In this document: piece after piece, positions 59,416-64,000 of the stretch
How positions within the stretch are numbered: the first letter of the stretch is position 1
Layout: each line of letters starts with the position of its first letter
Assembly (NCBI GenBank): GCA_964016885.1
Contig: OZ024740.1
Coordinates: forward strand, 62,434,001-62,498,000
Length of the DNA stretch: 64,000 bases
Direction: 5' to 3'
Source: Eledone cirrhosa
Lineage: Eukaryota
The notes under the pieces: generated by a model
Databases searched by the model: none
What the model saw: the letters and a program-made list of their open reading frames with translations, nothing else
What the model was told of the DNA's origin: nothing
Program-made: the position numbers and the translations under genes

Positions 59416-59675
59416 TCTGCTAGCATGTGTAGTGTTCATATTGATATTATATGCAAATATATGCATGTAGATATAATACGTCAAGTAATTGAGAATATGC
59501 ACAGAAATTGAAGAGAGAGACTGTGTCACACTGCCTTCTTTTAATCAGTAAAGTAATCTAATGATACATTTAAAAAAGAGGATATTATATATAAACTGCA
59601 TTACGGTGAAATGTTATGAAAACGAAAAAGGAGAAAATTAGCGATAGAAATATAAACATTATATAACGATGCAGC

Positions 59676-59830
59676 CCTTTATGATCTGAGTTTAAATCCC
59701 GCTGAGGTTAACTTTGCCTTTCATCCTTACGGGGTCGATAAAATAAAGTATCAGTCACGCACTGCGGTCGATTTAATCGACTTTCCCATCCCCCAAAATT
59801 GCTGGCCATGTGCCTATATAAGAAACCATT
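59676..59830 (+). mobile_element. tRNA-derived SINE copy
   Basis: Same body as 52992-53205. Confidence 0.85.
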
Positions 59831-60656
59831 ATATAGCGATGCAAATATATGAACGTTTATATAAGCGATGTGATATAGCGTCCGGACGCTAACCGGAAGT
59901 GTAGACACTTGAACATTTTAAAAGAAGTGAATCTTAAAATAAGCAATCATTATATATAAGAATATTTATGTTTAATCAAGAGCTACGAAATTTAGTACAT
60001 AAATTATGTAATAATTAATTCATTATTTATTCAAAGTAATCCAACTTATTTTATTAACGAAATAAAAAATATATTCAGGACACAGTCCCGGACTCCCCCC
60101 TTTATCATAATATGATAGCATATATCATATTTGTTTTCAACATTGAATTCAGTTTCTACTACAATATTTAGCGTCAGAATATTTGCAGATAGAACTGTTT
60201 CGATATTGTGTCTTACAGGTAAAAATCAATTTATAAGCACGTTAATTATATTACATTTGGTGAAAGAAATCGACAAATATAGACAGAAAGAAATGTTTGA
60301 TAAACATAATGGGGTTCATTGTTAATTTCAGATCAGATAGTGAGGAAGGTGAGTTCACATACAAGTGTAGAGTCGTTAAAACAATCTCACTATATTTTCA
60401 TCTGCTGACATAAATGGCAATGACCTAAAGGATGAAAGACAAATAACAAAACAACGGAAACACCGTTCACTGTAAATATTGTTATTTTATTGAAAAAATG
60501 ATAAATTATGAAAATTTAATCATGCTATCGTGACGAGGAGTTTTTATTTACATAAGTAAGAGCTACAGTAATAAATGACGAAGAAACTTCACACGAATGT
60601 AAAGAAGTGTTTTATGAAAAACGTAGAACTTAATCATTATTTATACTAGCATTATA

Positions 60657-60769
60657 CTGAGTTCAAATCCCGCCGAGGTTGACTTTGCCTTTCATCCTTA
60701 CGGGGTCGATAAAATAAAGTACCAGTAATGCACTGGGTGATTGCTGGCCTTGTGCCTAAAGTAGAAACA
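60657..60769 (+). mobile_element. tRNA-derived SINE, 5'-truncated
   Basis: Same body; flanked by a duplication ATTATTTATACTAGCATT. Confidence 0.88.
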
Positions 60770-60963
60770 ATTATTTATACTAGCATTGTCAGATACCATT
60801 AGTGGCTACAAACGATTCTTAAACAAGCGATGGGCTATGCTAAATAAAGAATTCTGGGAGAGCATGTCAAAGACGAAGACAGATGACTGCAAGAATTGGG
60901 TTACGTTTTAAAACAAATATTTATTATTCATTTTTTACGGTATTCTATACCTCATTATTTGAA

Positions 60964-61146
60964 AGGACGGTCGATTGGCAGTATAGGTAGAGGGTCGGAT
61001 ACCATGCTTTGCAGCAAAGAGTTGCGAAGATCTAAGTTCAAATCCCGTCGAGGTTAACTTTGCCTTTCATTCTTACGGGGTCGATAAAATAAAGTACCAG
61101 TAATACACTGGGATGATTGCTGGCCTTGTGCCAAAGGTAGAAACAA
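60964..61146 (+). mobile_element. tRNA-derived SINE, near full-length
   Basis: Head and body match the 52992 copy; ATTATTTGA on both flanks. Confidence 0.88.
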
Positions 61147-61269
61147 TTATTTGATCAAATTTACACACGCTTTTGTTTCATTTTCATTTATAATATAAGC
61201 TCCCAAAATACTGTTGTCCGTAACGAATAAAATAAACTAAAGAACTAAAGGTACACAACTTTATTTAGT

Positions 61270-62050
61270 TTCGGACTGGAATGTGCGTGCTGGGTAAATA
61301 TACCTTTGAACTCATTGGCTGTTGAGTCCATATAGTTACCCTGGAAATCATCTGGAGGTGGTTCTATAAACTACAGCCTTTGAGAGGCAGTATCTTCCCA
61401 AAGGATAGTTGGTAGGGTGTGTGTGTTGGAGCCTGTGTGGTCTGTACTGTTTTCTGTTATAACGTGCAATATTTGAAGCAATGTTTTCTAAACAGGAGTA
61501 GCTGCCCTTAATACTATTTGAGCTGAATATCTTATGGTACTTAGAACTATCTGAAAAGTGTTTTCTGATTAGGGACACGAAGTCCTTAGCTATATTCATC
61601 GTTACCTCTAGATTGAATAGAGGAGTCAACCCTGTTATTATTCTTCTCGCTGTTTTAGAGATGGGCAGGGTATCCTCCATGCATACTATTTTTTTTCTAT
61701 GAATTAACTCCTCGCTAGTGTCCCGTTGTAATGCGGTGCAGCCCTGTCAAAGATCTCTCTAACGGATGTTAGGCTTGAGATTATCCAGTTAAACCCGTTT
61801 ACAAGATTCCTTAATATGGCTGGGAGTGGTTAGAGTGCCTACGTATATATACCGTTTCCTCATTGGGCTTCATATATCAGTATTGTGGTCCTGAGTGATG
61901 TAAAAAAAAAAAAATCGATTTTGGTGAAGTTGGTGGTAACTGTGATGTTTAGGCCGAAATATTTGAAGATACTTCTAAGATATTTTCCGAGCTTATCCAT
62001 AGTGTGGCCGTTCATATGGCTTGAGATTGCTAGGCTAACGTCTTTGTACA
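61270..62050 (-). mobile_element. Decayed Penelope-like element fragment (RT thumb to GIY-YIG)
   Basis: PLFNLEVTMNIAKDFVSLIRKHF...KYHKIFSSNSIKGSYSCLENIASNIARYN...CLSKAVVYR, homologous to the 53230-53400 and 52490-52825 pieces. Confidence 0.75.
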
Positions 62051-63012
62051 GGGCTGAATAATTATACTATATCTCTCAAACAATTCAGAAATGTTCATAC
62101 TCTCACTGACAAAACAAAGAAGATCTACAAAACGAACACCACCATCGGACTCCCGATTAACACCATCACCAATATACACCGCACTCCACCCCACACAAAA
62201 AACCAAAGCTAAAACATATGAAGACGTAAACGAAGGAACTATCCTCTCTTCTTAAGACAGACGATCATGTAGACTGCTTCACCTTTAGTTCCCGCCCTAC
62301 CTCACCCTTAAGGATCACAAACCTTTTTTCAAATTGAAATTGAAAAGCATGGTGAAGAAATTTCTAAGTTTACGTGTAGCGTATTACAAATATATATCGG
62401 TATTCAATAAATGAAAACATAAACAAACGGAAATATAGATAACAGTGTAAGTCTAACAGAAAAAAAAGAAGGTATTTTTAAAAATATAATTTTATCAAGA
62501 TAGTCATAATGGAAAACGTGTTTCTGCAAAATTTCATTAAAGCATGCACATATAGGAGCAGAGTGGTGGTGGTGGTGAATAAACTGCAGTAATACCTGGT
62601 GTATGTGTGTATGTGTGTATGTGTGTATGTGTGTGTATGTGTATATGTGTGTGTGTGTATTTATGTTTATACAGCTTAATTTATTGCATCGACTGATTAT
62701 CATTAACCTAAGTAATGATGATATAAATAGATAACACACACACACACACTCATACACACAAACACGCACATACACACACACCTATATATACACAGACACA
62801 CACACATACACACAGACACACATACACAAAGTCACACAGACACACACAGTCACAGACACACACACACACACACACACCATGGAGTGATAGATAGATAAAT
62901 AGGTAAATAGATACATAGAAAAAATAGATAAATATATATATATATATTGTTATACTTGGGGAAGGTCATATTTGTGTAATATTGCCAGAATTAATAACTA
63001 ATTCATCGCCGC

Positions 63013-63044
<32 letters not shown>

Positions 63045-63406
63045 AAGAGAGAGAGAGTGAGAGAGAGAGAGAGAGAAGGCAACAGCGTGAGATAGATCTA
63101 AAGAGACAGTAATACAGATATAACTGGCATGTATTGCGTTTTGGGAAAAAAAACCCACAACAAACAAAACCAGAAACAAAACACGACTACATAACGTTTC
63201 CTGTTGCTTTGTGCTTTTTAACTAATAAAAAAAAACTTCTTATAATCAGTACCAAGACATCATAGCGTGACAGACGGACAAAAAAAAACAAAAAAACAAA
63301 ACAAATGCTATACAATTAATATGATATAGATTTTTACTTTTGGTGACGTAAGACACAGTTTTTAGACCTCCTGATAAGTAAGTCACCATGAATCCAGTTA
63401 ATTATA

Positions 63407-63601
63407 CGAGGGTTGGCTGAAAATTTGATAGGCTGAGCAAGATACTCTCATGGAATGACCAAATGAGGTTTATTTATCAACCTAGTCCCTGGAAAAAAAT
63501 GCTGTTATTAATAAGAAAAGTTGAAATTAATGCAAGCAAGATTTCACAGTTGTAGCATCATTCCTTCATGGACAGCATATGAACTTTTTAGCCGACCCTC
63601 G
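63407..63601. mobile_element. Tc1/mariner-type MITE, 195 bp
   Basis: TIRs CGAGGGTTGGCTGAAAA and TTTTTAGCCGACCCTCG, flanked by TA on both sides. Confidence 0.82.
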
Positions 63602-63699
63602 TAATACTGTATTCTAACAGAAGCTCAAGTTCTCAAATTTTAGATGGAGGAAGTTTATAGTGGATTATTTTGACTTTAGTACTCTCGTGACGCTGAACT

Positions 63700-64000
63700 C
63701 CGCTGAACTTAGACTGCGTATTAACATGTGATATCTTTCTCCACAAAGTTCGATCACCAGCAGCAGAGTTCAAGCAGCAAAGATCAACTCCAGTCCATGA
63801 ATTGACATTGTCAAGCCATCGTTTTGGCTGCCGGCCTCTTCTGCTTCTCTTACCAGCCAACCTTCCTTCCAGGCATAACCTACTCACACCACGAGTTGAT
63901 CTTTTTATATGGCCGTATAGTTTGAGTACTCTTGACTTGACAATTGATGTAATTGGTCTAAGTTTGGTAATGTTGAGCAGCTCACTGATACAGATACGGT
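63700..64000 (-). mobile_element. RTE-type LINE ORF C-terminal fragment (runs off the window end)
   Basis: IVKSRVLKLYGHIKRS...LEGRLAGKRSRRGRQPKRWLDNV...DRTLWR matches the RTE C-terminal pattern GHxxR...G.R.RGR...RW.D...DR..WR. Confidence 0.8.

Noticed and set aside
58200-60650. Host-gene exons in the AT-rich stretch
   Set aside because: No ORF with recognisable motifs or convincing splice pattern; small exons cannot be excluded without RNA data.

Overview
Eukaryotic, repeat-saturated window with no recognisable host gene. The SINE family, Dong/R4 LINEs and microsatellite spectrum suggest a coleoid cephalopod (Octopus-like); this is an inference, not a database result. Layout: (1) 0.2-1.5 kb and 16-19 kb, Penelope-like (PLE) terminal remnants carrying hammerhead ribozyme (HHR) motifs, including one canonical type I HHR at 16886-16966. 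(2) 2.9-16.1 kb, a 65-bp satellite of about 200 copies with higher-order blocks. (3) 19-36 kb, a stack of non-LTR retrotransposons whose junctions are (AAT)n tracts: a near full-length Dong/R4 element, two full-length Tx1/L1-type elements with near-identical ORF2 but very different ORF1/5'UTR, and a 5'-truncated Dong, ending at the (ATT)n tail of a CR1-type 3' fragment. (4) 36-41.5 kb, a degenerate Gypsy LTR element inserted into that CR1 fragment. (5) 41.6-50 kb, a foldback, a minisatellite, a Helitron remnant, and a second cluster of RTE-derived bipartite elements and R4-like fragments associated with (ATGT)n. (6) 50-64 kb, decayed Penelope elements, SINEs, inverted tRNA-like pairs, a hAT MITE, a mariner-type MITE and an RTE 3' fragment. 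Best leads: (ATT)n-targeting Tx1 elements sharing a target with Dong, an apparent ORF1/5'UTR swap, a possible 52-53 nt intron that would fuse ORF1 to ORF2 in frame, and the ribozymes. All alignments and structures were read by eye.
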